Virus record (IMG/VR): IMGVR_UViG_3300022682_000033
Location: 3,893-67,892 of that record
Reading direction: 5' to 3' (one strand)
Length of the DNA: 64,000 nt
Origin: a virus
Below are positions 19,778-30,737 of the stretch, one piece after another. Under the pieces are notes generated by a model. The model was not told the origin of the DNA. It saw only the letters and a program-made list of their open reading frames with translations, and made no database searches. Positions within the stretch are counted from its first letter, which is position 1, and the number at the start of each line of letters is the position of its first letter. A program made the position numbers and the translations under genes.

Positions 19778-21481
19778 TTGCCTGTTTCGAGAAACATATA
19801 TCCGACATCGGCGGGGGTGTTCTCAGAGAATATCTATCCGCAAGGATTCGGTGTTTATGATGCAAACATATACCCGACCAAAACATCGACTATGGCAAGT
19901 GTATCCGTATACAAAACGGCCTTTCCACGTTATGATGTCAATGTGTATGAGGTAAAACTTTCTCTTGGCGTCAAGTCTGTTAATATCTATCCGTATGCAT
20001 ATAGCACGACGGCATTGAAATCGGTCAATATATATCCTTGGCCGATACAAAATCCGATGATGCGATCTGTAAATGTCTATCCATACCAAATAGGCAGACT
20101 GTCGGACGTTCTCCACAATGACACCTATGAGATTTATTTGGATGAAAAAAACATCAAAGGTTACGTCGAATATTTTGAAATAGAATACTCGCAAGAGGCC
20201 GCCCACAACACAATATCAATAAGCGGCATCAACCCTGATCTCTATTATTACATAAGCAAAACCGGGAAAAGCAGTGATGCAAGAATTAAAGTTGTTACAA
20301 ATACAATTACGGAATGGTTTCTTTTGATAGATTGTGATGGCACGCCGTTCGCTTTCGACATTTTCGGGATATCTGTTAGCGGTCAATATGGAAGTGGTTT
20401 TTCTTATGTGGATGCTGAATATGATCCAAGCATGGTTTCGGATATGGCCGGTCAATTCATTTCCGGCATAACCTGGGATGCGGTCGATTGGATGCTATCC
20501 GATGCATATAGCCACACAGGAGACGCTGTAAGCGCCGTCAAGAGACTCGCTGATTCAATTGGGGCAGTTATGGAGTGCGATCAAGACGGGGCCATTACAG
20601 TGCGTCCTGCTTATCCTATCAGGCCGTTTGAAATGCAGACAGCAAATTACGTTGCAATATTCGATAGAGGATCAATTTTTTCAATCTCAAGCAAAATAGA
20701 CCATGGTGATAAGTACAATTCTGTTGAAGTGCTTGGGCCGACTTCTAACGTTGATGTTGATTTCAACATTGAAGTTGAATCCGATCCGTCGCCGGTTATT
20801 GGCGGTGATGCGATTGTTAGGGCATATTACCCACAACCGAATGAACCGGAGTCGATTACGTTAAGCGTAACAGCCGGGAAAATAGAGCGTCGAGGCGTTA
20901 CGGAATTGACAATTGAAGATGAGCAAGTTGTTTTTGACTCAGGATATGGAACTGCTCAAAAGCCGGTTGTCTCGATATCAGATGTAAAATGGCTTGGGAA
21001 TGATGGTGGCAATGTCACCTTTTTCCCGTATCGTAATTATCTCAGAAATAGCAATGAAATAACCGGCATTGCTAAGATAACCTATAAAACAAAATATCAC
21101 TCATACCGGTGCTTTGGTGCGAATGTTTCGCAGTTGATAGGTGAAATGTTGATACCGATACAGGGAGGGGATGACCTTATGGTATCAATCGGAGATGGGT
21201 CAAACGTCAACCCGGATTCTATTTCGGATGATCTTCTAACCGCTGAAATAGCAAAACTCGCAAGGGGGAAAGCTGAAATTGATTCCAATTATTATGACCG
21301 CGAAACCGTATCAATGGAAGCCGTTTACAATGAAGATGTATTCCCAGGGCGGCTAATATTAATTGATGATGTTGATGATGATATCCAAGGTGTATTCCAC
21401 ATAATGCGAGTCAAGAAAAAATATGACGGCCCTGCAATTTTTATAGACATCGAAGCCCAAAAATGCATAATTGAAACATGA
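19778..21481 (+). CDS. Tail hub/tip protein with N-terminal NIYP repeats
   Basis: Synteny; hub-like C-terminus. Confidence 0.5.
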   Translation: MPVSRNIYPTSAGVFSENIYPQGFGVYDANIYPTKTSTMASVSVYKTAFPRYDVNVYEVKLSLGVKSVNIYPYAYSTTALKSVNIYPWPIQNPMMRSVNVYPYQIGRLSDVLHNDTYEIYLDEKNIKGYVEYFEIEYSQEAAHNTISISGINPDLYYYISKTGKSSDARIKVVTNTITEWFLLIDCDGTPFAFDIFGISVSGQYGSGFSYVDAEYDPSMVSDMAGQFISGITWDAVDWMLSDAYSHTGDAVSAVKRLADSIGAVMECDQDGAITVRPAYPIRPFEMQTANYVAIFDRGSIFSISSKIDHGDKYNSVEVLGPTSNVDVDFNIEVESDPSPVIGGDAIVRAYYPQPNEPESITLSVTAGKIERRGVTELTIEDEQVVFDSGYGTAQKPVVSISDVKWLGNDGGNVTFFPYRNYLRNSNEITGIAKITYKTKYHSYRCFGANVSQLIGEMLIPIQGGDDLMVSIGDGSNVNPDSISDDLLTAEIAKLARGKAEIDSNYYDRETVSMEAVYNEDVFPGRLILIDDVDDDIQGVFHIMRVKKKYDGPAIFIDIEAQKCIIET

Positions 21482-21720
21482 TAAATCCATTTCAAGACAA
21501 AGATAAAAAAGTAGCTCAAGCAAGAGTTGTTGGCAAAACGAATACGGGCGAAATAATCGTTTCGGGTTCTGGCGGAAGGACGCAACGAATACCGAACAGC
21601 ACGGGCGCAAGTATAAGAATAGGCGCCAACGTTGTGGTTGTGAAAGACAAAAACAACCGTTCCGTATTAGGGTTTCATGGCTATCGCAACGCGCCTAAGC
21701 AGGTAAGGATTTCAGGCTAA
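21478..21720 (+). CDS. Small tail protein
   Basis: Coupled ORF in the tail operon. Confidence 0.45.
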   Translation: MINPFQDKDKKVAQARVVGKTNTGEIIVSGSGGRTQRIPNSTGASIRIGANVVVVKDKNNRSVLGFHGYRNAPKQVRISG

Positions 21721-21722
21721 AA

Positions 21723-22571
21723 ATGCCAGGACATGTAAAAAAACAATTCACGGTTAATTTCCAAGAACCGTCGGACGATTCGAGCGATGCCGGTCAACAA
21801 GAATTGGCACAATGGTATATTGATTTGCAATTGTCAGATCAAAATACCGTTGATGGATCCGTGTTCCCGTTGAACTCGGACGTTTATATTGATGTTTATC
21901 GGTGGCCTTATAACGATGTTCAGATCGAATCTATGGCCGGGACCCTAAAAAAGTCAGGGTCAAACATAAATGTAAAGTTGAGTAAAAATATTTCTTTCGT
22001 TCATTCTGATCAAGGCACCTTGGCGCAAGCGCCTTATGATGAATTTAGCTACGAATGGCAAAACAGAGAACGACCTGAACCAGCGATATCGGTGTTGGGG
22101 CGGTCATTAACACTAAACCGGGAAGTTTTTAATGTTCTGCAAGTAAAATATTCATCAAAAAAAGACACATACATACTCAATAATGTCAAGGAACCGACAG
22201 AAGTTGTTGTTTATGCATCAATGGGCGAAGTGTCCGCAAGTTTAACCGTAAGGTTTGGAACGATTGAAGAAGACGCGGAATACCCGGACGATTCAATTTT
22301 CGAAGAAACAGAGGAAGAAACAGAGGAAGAAACAAAGGAAGAGGTCGTTGATGGCGAGAAAATAGTCAAGGCAGTTCACACCTACGATTGCACAACCGGA
22401 ATTTCAGAATCGGGGTGGGCGGTATACGTCAACAACAAATTTCAGGGTTTGACAAATTCTCAAGGTAATGCTTCAATAGGCGAACGAACGGTAGGAGAAA
22501 CGGTTACAATACGATGCTCAAAAGACGGGCAAACAGTTACAACAGATAGGGTGATAGAATCAAGTGGCTGA
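21723..22571 (+). CDS. Tail protein
   Basis: Operon position; acidic EEET linker. Confidence 0.45.
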   Translation: MPGHVKKQFTVNFQEPSDDSSDAGQQELAQWYIDLQLSDQNTVDGSVFPLNSDVYIDVYRWPYNDVQIESMAGTLKKSGSNINVKLSKNISFVHSDQGTLAQAPYDEFSYEWQNRERPEPAISVLGRSLTLNREVFNVLQVKYSSKKDTYILNNVKEPTEVVVYASMGEVSASLTVRFGTIEEDAEYPDDSIFEETEEETEEETKEEVVDGEKIVKAVHTYDCTTGISESGWAVYVNNKFQGLTNSQGNASIGERTVGETVTIRCSKDGQTVTTDRVIESSG

Positions 22572-25380
22572 TATAGAAATTGGGATATGCTCTGACGCGG
22601 CAAGCGAAGCCAGAGATAAACCGGAGTTTCATTCCGAAAGCGGTCTGTCTATTGCTGTTCCCAAAGCAGGTTTTGGTGCGTGTCCTGACGGTGTAATCCA
22701 GATAGCTGTTCAATCGTCTGGAAGCCCATGCCCGTGCATCGACTGGAACGTTATTCAGGAATCGCAGCTTTCTCTTGAGTGGAAATCAGAGGATGAGGAA
22801 GTCCCAGACTATTCGACACCTGAACCTTCTGATACAAAAACCGAAACGACTTACGACGATCATCCGACGATTAGTTTTGACGCTGTGCAGGCGTGCAATT
22901 GGAACGGTGCGACGGTTGATGTTTTGATTGGCGAAAGCCGTGAAACTCTAATAACCTACACGCGGGGCGGAAGCGGATGCCCGGAAAATGAAGGGGCCGG
23001 GTACTCGGCACAGTGGCCAGACAACCGCATAATTCCGGGCGCAAAGCTGGAAATTACTCACTTTCTTGATTGCCCGGCCCCGAATCAAATCACCGGAAAC
23101 TATGTAATTTGGGAGTCCGTCTGTCTTACGGGTGGCGTTGTTACCGGCGTTATTGGTGAATATACAGACGCTAATCATTCCTATCGTGTGCAATTGATGA
23201 CGGATGAAATTATCGAGGTGGCGCCGGACGACTGGGTTGATTATCGCGAGGGTGACTGGGTGACGATTATCACCGTGGGCAGCGGTGCGGCGCAGTTCGG
23301 GAACAAGGGCGGAATCATTGCGGATGCTGGCGACAAGCAGTTGATCGTCCCGTTTGGATATGGCGACAACCCTGGCAACGGCGGTCTAACCTGGCAGCCA
23401 GTCGAATTTGGCGCTGGTGACAATCAATCGCTTTTGAATCTTCGAAATGTGGCCGGTGAAATAATTGAAATTAACGAAGACGACAACAAAGCGCTGGTCA
23501 ATATTCCTCATTTCGGACAGATAGAAGCTCAATTCGCCTGGCATTGTCCTGGCTCCGGGGACTGGGAGGACGCCTGGAAAGCATACGAAATAGGCGATAA
23601 AGTCAACGTGCTACTTCCCGGAATTGCCCACGACGCCCACGTAAACACGCCTAAAACGCCACCTGAAAAACCGCTAATTGCCGGTTGGGTTGCCCAGCAG
23701 TTACGACAATGTTCATCGCTATTATATTTTTTCGTTGACCCGCTGGAATGGCATGACGCCGACGGAAATGTTGTGCAATCAGATGATCCCACGGCGGAAA
23801 CTGTTGCGCGGGTGTTTGACTGTGAGGAAGTCAATAACTCAAGCCTAACGACGGTCGATATAACAGACGCAGCGGCAATCGGCTTGCCGTTCAACTCGTT
23901 CTGTATTGCCGGAAACACGGAAGACACCGAGCACGGCGACAGGATATGCCAATATCACGCCTCAAAAACGGTAGGCGATTACACCGCTCATGCGCTATCA
24001 TGGATGGTTCCGACAGGTTCAGGCACGTTTTTTTATTGGGGTGTTTGGGCCGAGCATAAAAACGAAAAATATATTTTTAAGCCGGACCCTAACGACGATA
24101 CGACATGGACGGATTTGTGGGATGATGATAACCCATATCCTGACCGCATTGTTTGCGATTCCGAGATAGAAGCGGGCGAATATACGCCAGTCAAGGCTTT
24201 TGATCTTTTCGAGTTACAAGCGGATCAGGATGCCTACGGCTGGCGCGCAGGTGATATAATCCTAGTTTCGTATGGCAACAAATCATCCGCCGATTTGTGG
24301 AATCTGACTCAAAACGACCATTTAACGCGCGCCGTTCCGATATATGCTCAAATACTGACTGATTACCCATCAGAAACACAGGCAGAGGACCGGACGGTTG
24401 CTCTTGGCATCAACCGCAATCTAATCTATATTGCGTATGCTCAAATGAGCGGCCCTCACATGTACGAATATTATGACTTATATGAGTTTGATGTCTTTGA
24501 GGGTTCATGGGAAAGGTGGGGCGAATCTGGAACCGGAGTTGTGTATAATCCGTTTACGAAGGAGATTATTTCGTTCGTAGTAGATTCGGAATCAGAATCG
24601 CTCGGTTATACAGCCGAGGCGCGCGACCTAACATTTAACGGCGTTGTATCCACTGACAATCGGATGAATTGTGATGGCAAAACATCACCATGCGCAACGC
24701 ACTATTTCAAAAGCCGTGATGACGCTGCAATAATTTACGCGGCTGGTTATGACAGTCTCACTATATTTTCACCTGGATATTGCCCACCTGGTTATTCTGA
24801 TTTGTCTGAATGCTGTGGTGTGACTTATACTTATTGGAAATTCAGAATGGTTGACGGTGAAAAATACAAACGTGGTGATGGCAGCTATAAATGGGTTGGT
24901 CATACAAATTATTATAGTACGACACGATGGACTAGATGGTATAATGATCCCGACTGTAGCAGCGTGAATGAGGGGATAATAGGGGGCGCGTGCAATGGGA
25001 TATATTATGAGGATTGGCTGGCTGATTGGGATGATTTCAGCGCGTCAATCCATCCCGATGGAACTGGATTCAGGTTGCCAGTGACACTGAAAAACGGCCA
25101 GGAATCATCCCAAACAGGATGCGACAACAATGTAATTGAAACAGCCGACAACTACGATTATGAGAGCTTAGATACTGATTATTTGATCCAAAACTGGCCT
25201 CACATGCCAGCCTACGCAATAGCCGAAAACGTAACCGACCGTGACGGGAATCAGTACGAGCAGCTAATCGCAATTCAAAATAATGACGGGGATATTATCG
25301 TTGACGGAGAGATAATTTCTGATCAGAACGGCTATTTTCAGTTCCGCCAACAAAAAGAGGAGGTTGAAATTAATGCCTGA
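22564..25380 (+). CDS. Large acidic Cys/Trp-rich tail tip/spike protein
   Basis: 938-aa ORF in the tail operon. Confidence 0.5.
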   Translation: MADIEIGICSDAASEARDKPEFHSESGLSIAVPKAGFGACPDGVIQIAVQSSGSPCPCIDWNVIQESQLSLEWKSEDEEVPDYSTPEPSDTKTETTYDDHPTISFDAVQACNWNGATVDVLIGESRETLITYTRGGSGCPENEGAGYSAQWPDNRIIPGAKLEITHFLDCPAPNQITGNYVIWESVCLTGGVVTGVIGEYTDANHSYRVQLMTDEIIEVAPDDWVDYREGDWVTIITVGSGAAQFGNKGGIIADAGDKQLIVPFGYGDNPGNGGLTWQPVEFGAGDNQSLLNLRNVAGEIIEINEDDNKALVNIPHFGQIEAQFAWHCPGSGDWEDAWKAYEIGDKVNVLLPGIAHDAHVNTPKTPPEKPLIAGWVAQQLRQCSSLLYFFVDPLEWHDADGNVVQSDDPTAETVARVFDCEEVNNSSLTTVDITDAAAIGLPFNSFCIAGNTEDTEHGDRICQYHASKTVGDYTAHALSWMVPTGSGTFFYWGVWAEHKNEKYIFKPDPNDDTTWTDLWDDDNPYPDRIVCDSEIEAGEYTPVKAFDLFELQADQDAYGWRAGDIILVSYGNKSSADLWNLTQNDHLTRAVPIYAQILTDYPSETQAEDRTVALGINRNLIYIAYAQMSGPHMYEYYDLYEFDVFEGSWERWGESGTGVVYNPFTKEIISFVVDSESESLGYTAEARDLTFNGVVSTDNRMNCDGKTSPCATHYFKSRDDAAIIYAAGYDSLTIFSPGYCPPGYSDLSECCGVTYTYWKFRMVDGEKYKRGDGSYKWVGHTNYYSTTRWTRWYNDPDCSSVNEGIIGGACNGIYYEDWLADWDDFSASIHPDGTGFRLPVTLKNGQESSQTGCDNNVIETADNYDYESLDTDYLIQNWPHMPAYAIAENVTDRDGNQYEQLIAIQNNDGDIIVDGEIISDQNGYFQFRQQKEEVEINA

Positions 25381-25591
25381 GATTAGTTTACGGCGCTGTC
25401 AGCACGATGTAACGATTGAGTTTTACGGCGGGAAAGCGGTGCGGATTTCGTTTGATTTTCGCGGCCCGGTCTCACTGTATCATGCGTTGCGTGCGGCGTT
25501 GGTGTTTCAGCGAAAAGCGATCCGAAATAGCGAAAAGAAAAAGGTGAAGCGACAAGGGAAGGTTTGGAAAAGACAAAAATAAGGCGCAATT

Positions 25592-25984
25592 ATGGGAAAC
25601 CAAATATCTAATTTTTATCAGGGCGAAACGCTGAAATATACGGTCTATGTTACTGATTCTAATGGTGATCCGGTGTCCGTGGACGGTGGAACACTTCTTT
25701 TTACAATGAAAAGTGAAATAGAAATGGCGGACGCGGATGCAGAAATCGCTGGCTTTGCGTATGGTTCAGAAGCAGACCCGGAAGACCCGGACGGCATTAT
25801 AACTTTGACGGTCGATAAAAGCCGTACAATTTCACTGCCGCCGGGAGAGTATTGGTATCAGTTCAAATACATTGATGTTGATGGGAATGCGTCATATTGG
25901 CTGCCAGAAAAAGACGCGAATCAGGATGAGAGATTTGTCGAGGTTTATAAAACGGTAACAACGCGAACTGAACCAATTGTGTAG
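25592..25984 (+). CDS. BppU-like Ig-fold baseplate protein
   Basis: YQGET...FTMK...GIITL...LPPGEYWYQ pattern. Confidence 0.5.
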   Translation: MGNQISNFYQGETLKYTVYVTDSNGDPVSVDGGTLLFTMKSEIEMADADAEIAGFAYGSEADPEDPDGIITLTVDKSRTISLPPGEYWYQFKYIDVDGNASYWLPEKDANQDERFVEVYKTVTTRTEPIV

Positions 25985-25993
25985 GGGATTCTC

Positions 25994-26488
25994 ATGCCAA
26001 GTCAAAACCTAAACATAAGAGTTTCCGAAAAGACAGTCATCAACACTGCAAATGGCCCAACGCCGATCAATGTCCGTTTTGGTGGGAATGTTATGCGGGT
26101 ATCACCATCAACCATATATGTTGGCGGCGGGCTTAATGGTGAGAACGTTGTATCTATACCAGCAGGGGTTGATATTGGCGGCCATAGGGTGGTTGTGCAA
26201 ACGGATATTGGTTTGGTGTATGCTGACAATACAAATCCGGCACATGCGGGGATGATTGTTGGGATAACTACTGCGGCGGTAACAGCCGGAAGCAATGCTT
26301 CAGTTGCGCTTAGTGGAAAGGTTGAGAATAGCGGTTGGAGTTGGGATATAACCAAAGGTCTTTGGCTTTCGACTAATGGGTTGATGGTGCAAGAAGAACC
26401 ATTGACTGGGTTTATTCTCGGCCTTGGCGTTCCGATATCATCAACTAAAATTGATTTTAAAAAAGGAATTTCATTAATAAGGAGTTAA
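25994..26488 (+). CDS. Virion structural protein
   Basis: IGGHRVV..YAD..GITT..WSW pattern of tail-fibre-associated proteins. Confidence 0.5.
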   Translation: MPSQNLNIRVSEKTVINTANGPTPINVRFGGNVMRVSPSTIYVGGGLNGENVVSIPAGVDIGGHRVVVQTDIGLVYADNTNPAHAGMIVGITTAAVTAGSNASVALSGKVENSGWSWDITKGLWLSTNGLMVQEEPLTGFILGLGVPISSTKIDFKKGISLIRS

Positions 26489-26492
26489 TCAA

Positions 26493-27014
26493 ATGGCTGA
26501 TAAGTATTTAGCAAAAAACGCTACAAATCCAGACACGATAAAAGAGGTTGAGGTAATTACCACAAGTTCTGGTGCGGCCGATGCAGGTAAAATGGCTGGT
26601 GTTGGTGCTAACGGTAGATGGGATGAAACTTTTATGCCTACAGGCATAGGTGCGGATGTAGCTACAGTCGAAGCTTCTGAGGATCTAAGCGCTGGAGATT
26701 TCGTAAATCTTCATATTTCCACTGGCGCAAAAGTTCGTAAGGCTGATGCTACAACTGCGGGTAAAGAAGCAGATGGTTTTGTAAAAGCTTCTGTAACTGC
26801 TGGTAATAATGCCACCGTATATCTTAGCGGAATAAATGATCAACTAACAAGCTTGACGCCTATGGATAAATATTTCCTTGGTACTACCGCTGGTGCTGCC
26901 GTTGCCGTTGGCTCTATTCCATCAGCCTCTGGAAACGTGCAACAATATCTTGGGAAAGCACTATCTGCAACTGAGATATTTTTTAGTAAGCAACCTGGAG
27001 TGGAATTAGCGTAA
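26493..27014 (+). CDS. Virion structural protein
   Basis: ASEDLSAGDFVN..RKADAT..ADGFV pattern. Confidence 0.55.
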   Translation: MADKYLAKNATNPDTIKEVEVITTSSGAADAGKMAGVGANGRWDETFMPTGIGADVATVEASEDLSAGDFVNLHISTGAKVRKADATTAGKEADGFVKASVTAGNNATVYLSGINDQLTSLTPMDKYFLGTTAGAAVAVGSIPSASGNVQQYLGKALSATEIFFSKQPGVELA

Positions 27015-28447
27015 TGGCTGATAAACGTCCTCTTTCCATATATTCTGGAATCCCTAAAGAGATTTCAGATACAGATGTCTCCGAAATTCCTGGTTTAAAG
27101 TGCATCGGTGGCGTTTCTTATTCTGTAGTTACTAAAATAGGAACTTATACAACTACACTTTCAGACCATACAATCAGATGCAATTCTACATCTGATTTCA
27201 CAATAGCACTACATTCTGCTGCAAGTGCATATAACTCAACAGACAACACCGGACAAGAACTCGTTTTCAAGAATGTAAATTCCGGCACTGTTACGATTGA
27301 TGCAAATAGCACTGAGACAATAGACGGTAAAAACACCGTCTCAATCGCTCAGTATGGCACTCTCACTCTCCGCTCGAATGGTACGAACTGGGATATAGTA
27401 GGCAATGCAGTAGCTACACAGAGAGACTATGCCTTGCTGACAATGTCGGCGAATCAGACAGCTGATGTAAGCATTGGTGATCCTATTAAGTTTGACACCA
27501 TAGATACTAATAATCTATCTTTATCTAGTTACAAAGTAACCTTGAAAGCTGGGAAGACTTACATGCTAACGGCTGAATCGCTAATCACTTTTGATTCCAC
27601 CGCTAATGCCAGAGCACAACTACAGTGGCATGATGGGACTTCTTATATTGGAAAAAGAAGTATGTCCATAAGACCGGATAGCACTGCTTTAGAGTTTAAT
27701 GAGGCTCCTACAGCTTGGGCTGTTGTTACTCCGTTGGTTGACACAGAGTATGAGTTGAGGATTGTATTTCTTGAAGGTTCAATAAGTGCCGTAAATAATC
27801 TTTTTTCCACCGCCTACATAGAAGAAATAGCCTCATACGAAGGCAATGGTCTGAGGAAATATACTACTGGGTGGGTAGCGTGTAGTGATTGGACGAATCA
27901 GAAGTTAGGAACTACTCTCGGTGGTAATGTGGTGCATAACTTAGGAAGGAGCCTGAAGGATTTACATGTAAAAGTCCTTTACTCTTCTGACGGTACCGAT
28001 GCTAATTCTTATGAATTATTGCCGAGTATGTACAACAGTGGTGAATATGGCTATGGTATAAAGCAGGTAGACAGTCTTAATAATAGCATCATAGTATCCA
28101 CGGCAACCGCAGGAACATTGTATCTTGACCCGACTGATGGGGATATAGAAATTTTAACAAATCAAAGTGGTTATTATAAGATAGAGGTCTATGATCTCCT
28201 GAGTGCCGGTGGAGACAGTTATTGGAGTCAAGACGATAACGATGTCGAGTATACTTCTGGATCAGTAAATTTAAACACATTGAAATTACTGGAAAGAAGT
28301 TCAGACCCAGGAACACCTGATGAGGGAAGTTCATATATTTGGCAAAGTGATGGAACAGGTTCAGGAGATGATGGAGATATTATGGTAAAAATTACAGCTG
28401 GCGGAACAACAAAAACTACTACATTGATTGATTTTTCAACACTATAA
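27014..28447 (+). CDS. Tail fibre/receptor-binding protein
   Basis: VTIDAN.ETIDG...SNGTNW fibre motif; modular Ser/Thr-rich. Confidence 0.6.
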   Translation: MADKRPLSIYSGIPKEISDTDVSEIPGLKCIGGVSYSVVTKIGTYTTTLSDHTIRCNSTSDFTIALHSAASAYNSTDNTGQELVFKNVNSGTVTIDANSTETIDGKNTVSIAQYGTLTLRSNGTNWDIVGNAVATQRDYALLTMSANQTADVSIGDPIKFDTIDTNNLSLSSYKVTLKAGKTYMLTAESLITFDSTANARAQLQWHDGTSYIGKRSMSIRPDSTALEFNEAPTAWAVVTPLVDTEYELRIVFLEGSISAVNNLFSTAYIEEIASYEGNGLRKYTTGWVACSDWTNQKLGTTLGGNVVHNLGRSLKDLHVKVLYSSDGTDANSYELLPSMYNSGEYGYGIKQVDSLNNSIIVSTATAGTLYLDPTDGDIEILTNQSGYYKIEVYDLLSAGGDSYWSQDDNDVEYTSGSVNLNTLKLLERSSDPGTPDEGSSYIWQSDGTGSGDDGDIMVKITAGGTTKTTTLIDFSTL

Positions 28448-28457
28448 GGATATAAAA

Positions 28458-29132
28458 ATGATAATTTTTACAAGAGGATACGAGCAACGTATTATTGCCA
28501 TTTTAAAAAATGACAACACCGATCCAAGCAATTTTCCAAAAAGAGATGTGATTAAATGGGATCAATGCGCTTATATCAGCAATTCAGCACTGAATGAAAA
28601 TAACCAGCCTATTGGAGTTGGGGATGCCTTTAAACCAGAATATCTTGAGTATTTGCCATCTCCTAATCCTAAATTATATGCTCATGTGTCAATATCACCA
28701 GGCGTTAATGGGACTACGGCATCTACAAATAACATCGTTGGTGCTCCCAATAATTTCGAAGGGTCAACGATCAATATACAAGCAAGCATTCGATTTGGTC
28801 CTTATTTGAACGACGCTATGGGGGAGCCGGACAGTCCTTTATTGCCAATAACAGATGCATGGATTTTTACAATCTCAAATAAAGACGGGCCTTTTTTCTC
28901 AATTCGAGTGCCATTTGAAAATGGCATTGCAAATATTGATCTAAAGACACACGGGAAAATATGCGGTAGGTACTTTATTGATGAGGAGCTTTTTAAACCG
29001 ATCTATTTGACTAATGCTACGCTGGTTTCACTCGGCCAAAATATGGATGAAAATGAAAACGAGATTCCTGATGGAAATTGGGATGTAAAGCTTATCGGTA
29101 CGCCAAGATTTGATATTTATGAAAGCCCATAA
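28458..29132 (+). CDS. Hypothetical protein
   Basis: AAGGA RBS and long ORF. Confidence 0.5.
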   Translation: MIIFTRGYEQRIIAILKNDNTDPSNFPKRDVIKWDQCAYISNSALNENNQPIGVGDAFKPEYLEYLPSPNPKLYAHVSISPGVNGTTASTNNIVGAPNNFEGSTINIQASIRFGPYLNDAMGEPDSPLLPITDAWIFTISNKDGPFFSIRVPFENGIANIDLKTHGKICGRYFIDEELFKPIYLTNATLVSLGQNMDENENEIPDGNWDVKLIGTPRFDIYESP

Positions 29133-29143
29133 GAGAGGGGAAG

Positions 29144-29521
29144 ATGGATTTAAATAAAATACTTGAAAATCCTATTTTTATATTGTTGGTAGTTCCTTTT
29201 TTGATGCCTCAAACAATCAATTTTTTGATCGCCGTTCAAGTCAATATTGTTGATTTTTTCTTAAAAACTCCTCAATATCGAATAGGGGTTATATATGATT
29301 GGGCGAAGCTTCCGAAGTCTGGTTCAAGATACCCTAAAAGCGTAGTCGTCAAAAAAGGGTTGCTTAGATGCTATTTGCTTGATATTTCAAAAGGCGATGG
29401 GGGGATGTGGAGCTTGCCTTGGTTCCGCATGAAACAATTAACCGCGAGCATAATAAAACCAATCCATAAATCAGAGGCTTTGACGTTGTTGAGTAATTAC
29501 AAATCAAGGACAAAAATATGA
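29144..29521 (+). CDS. Membrane-anchored hypothetical protein
   Basis: N-terminal hydrophobic helix. Confidence 0.45.
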   Translation: MDLNKILENPIFILLVVPFLMPQTINFLIAVQVNIVDFFLKTPQYRIGVIYDWAKLPKSGSRYPKSVVVKKGLLRCYLLDISKGDGGMWSLPWFRMKQLTASIIKPIHKSEALTLLSNYKSRTKI

Positions 29522-30309
29522 AATCGCATATCGGCATTCTTTTTTTTGCATCAATTGCATTGTTTTCCGGGTGTGCTTCAAGCAATTATCAGCAGTATGC
29601 AAGAAGCAACGCTGATCAAACATTATACAGAAGCACGAACCAACGGGAAACATTGAGAAATGTAACGACAACCATTAAGGATATTCTGAAGCCGTTTGAG
29701 GAGCAAGCGCAGGCAAAGATTCAGAATAGCATGGTTCAAGCCCAAAGAATGCCGATGCCGACAAATGATATCCAATACGCTTTTTACTCAATGTCACAAA
29801 TGGCAATTGAGGCTTCAAGGTGGAACGGTATGGCGAGGCTTGCTGATGCCAGGGAGCGCGCTGTGGCTCATTTACAGCCTATTGTTATGGCAATATACGA
29901 TAAACAGGATGCGCCTCTTAAAGCGCCTCTCACAGCCGCTGACGTGCTTAATAATTTCACAGATAAGATACCGTTTCTCGGAACCATAGGCGGTATGTAT
30001 GGGCTTGGTGTAGCTGCTATTGATAAGGTAGGCGATAAAATATCAGTCTCGATGCGTGATGGTGATAATAACGTAGGCAACGGAACTCAAGGAAATGCTG
30101 GGGGGAACACCGCGGTTGGCAGTGATAACAATCCAATATCAGGGCAACACTCCGTCAACAGCAATAGCAGAAATGCAAGCGGTCAAAGCACATACTCGCC
30201 CGCCGAAACAAACGTAAACGGTAATTTAGAAGAGCTGGCTGAGGAGCCCGAAGAAGAAATAGAGGAAGAAATTGACGGCGAAACGGAATCCGTAGAAGAA
30301 ACTGAATAA
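29518..30309 (+). CDS. Putative lipoprotein
   Basis: Signal peptide with lipobox FSGC. Confidence 0.55.
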   Translation: MKSHIGILFFASIALFSGCASSNYQQYARSNADQTLYRSTNQRETLRNVTTTIKDILKPFEEQAQAKIQNSMVQAQRMPMPTNDIQYAFYSMSQMAIEASRWNGMARLADARERAVAHLQPIVMAIYDKQDAPLKAPLTAADVLNNFTDKIPFLGTIGGMYGLGVAAIDKVGDKISVSMRDGDNNVGNGTQGNAGGNTAVGSDNNPISGQHSVNSNSRNASGQSTYSPAETNVNGNLEELAEEPEEEIEEEIDGETESVEETE

Positions 30310-30311
30310 AA

Positions 30312-30737
30312 ATGGATTTGTACAACCCGGATAAAAATATTTCTGTTTACGGAGACATGGTTTCACAGCAACTTGCACTTTTGCGTCTTGAATTTGAGAC
30401 TATGAAGGATGAATCTGATGCAAAAAGGGCCGCATACGAAAGAGGAATTGATGAAAAGATAGAATTATTGAGAGCGGAATCAAAGAGTATAATTGAAGCT
30501 TGTAAGGCCGATTCTGATTCACGGCTTAAGGTTTTGCAAGATGATAGTGATAAAAGATATTTGAAAAAAAAGACGATTGTGTATGTTCTTAGATTTTTGA
30601 TTCCGGCAATTATAATGATTACTGGGTTTTTGCTTCACCTTGGTATAAAAATAGAGGAACGAAGCCATGAAATTTCAACGTCGATAACTGAGATCAAAAC
30701 CAATTTGGGGATACATGATAAAAATGATTTACATTGA
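30312..30737 (+). CDS. Coiled-coil membrane protein
   Basis: Heptad pattern plus a C-terminal TM segment. Confidence 0.45.
   Translation: MDLYNPDKNISVYGDMVSQQLALLRLEFETMKDESDAKRAAYERGIDEKIELLRAESKSIIEACKADSDSRLKVLQDDSDKRYLKKKTIVYVLRFLIPAIIMITGFLLHLGIKIEERSHEISTSITEIKTNLGIHDKNDLH

Noticed and set aside
22302-22342. GAAGAAACAGAG tandem repeat
   Set aside because: It simply encodes an acidic EEET linker
22564-28447. Diversity-generating retroelement target in the tail genes
   Set aside because: No reverse transcriptase and no template/variable repeat pair seen
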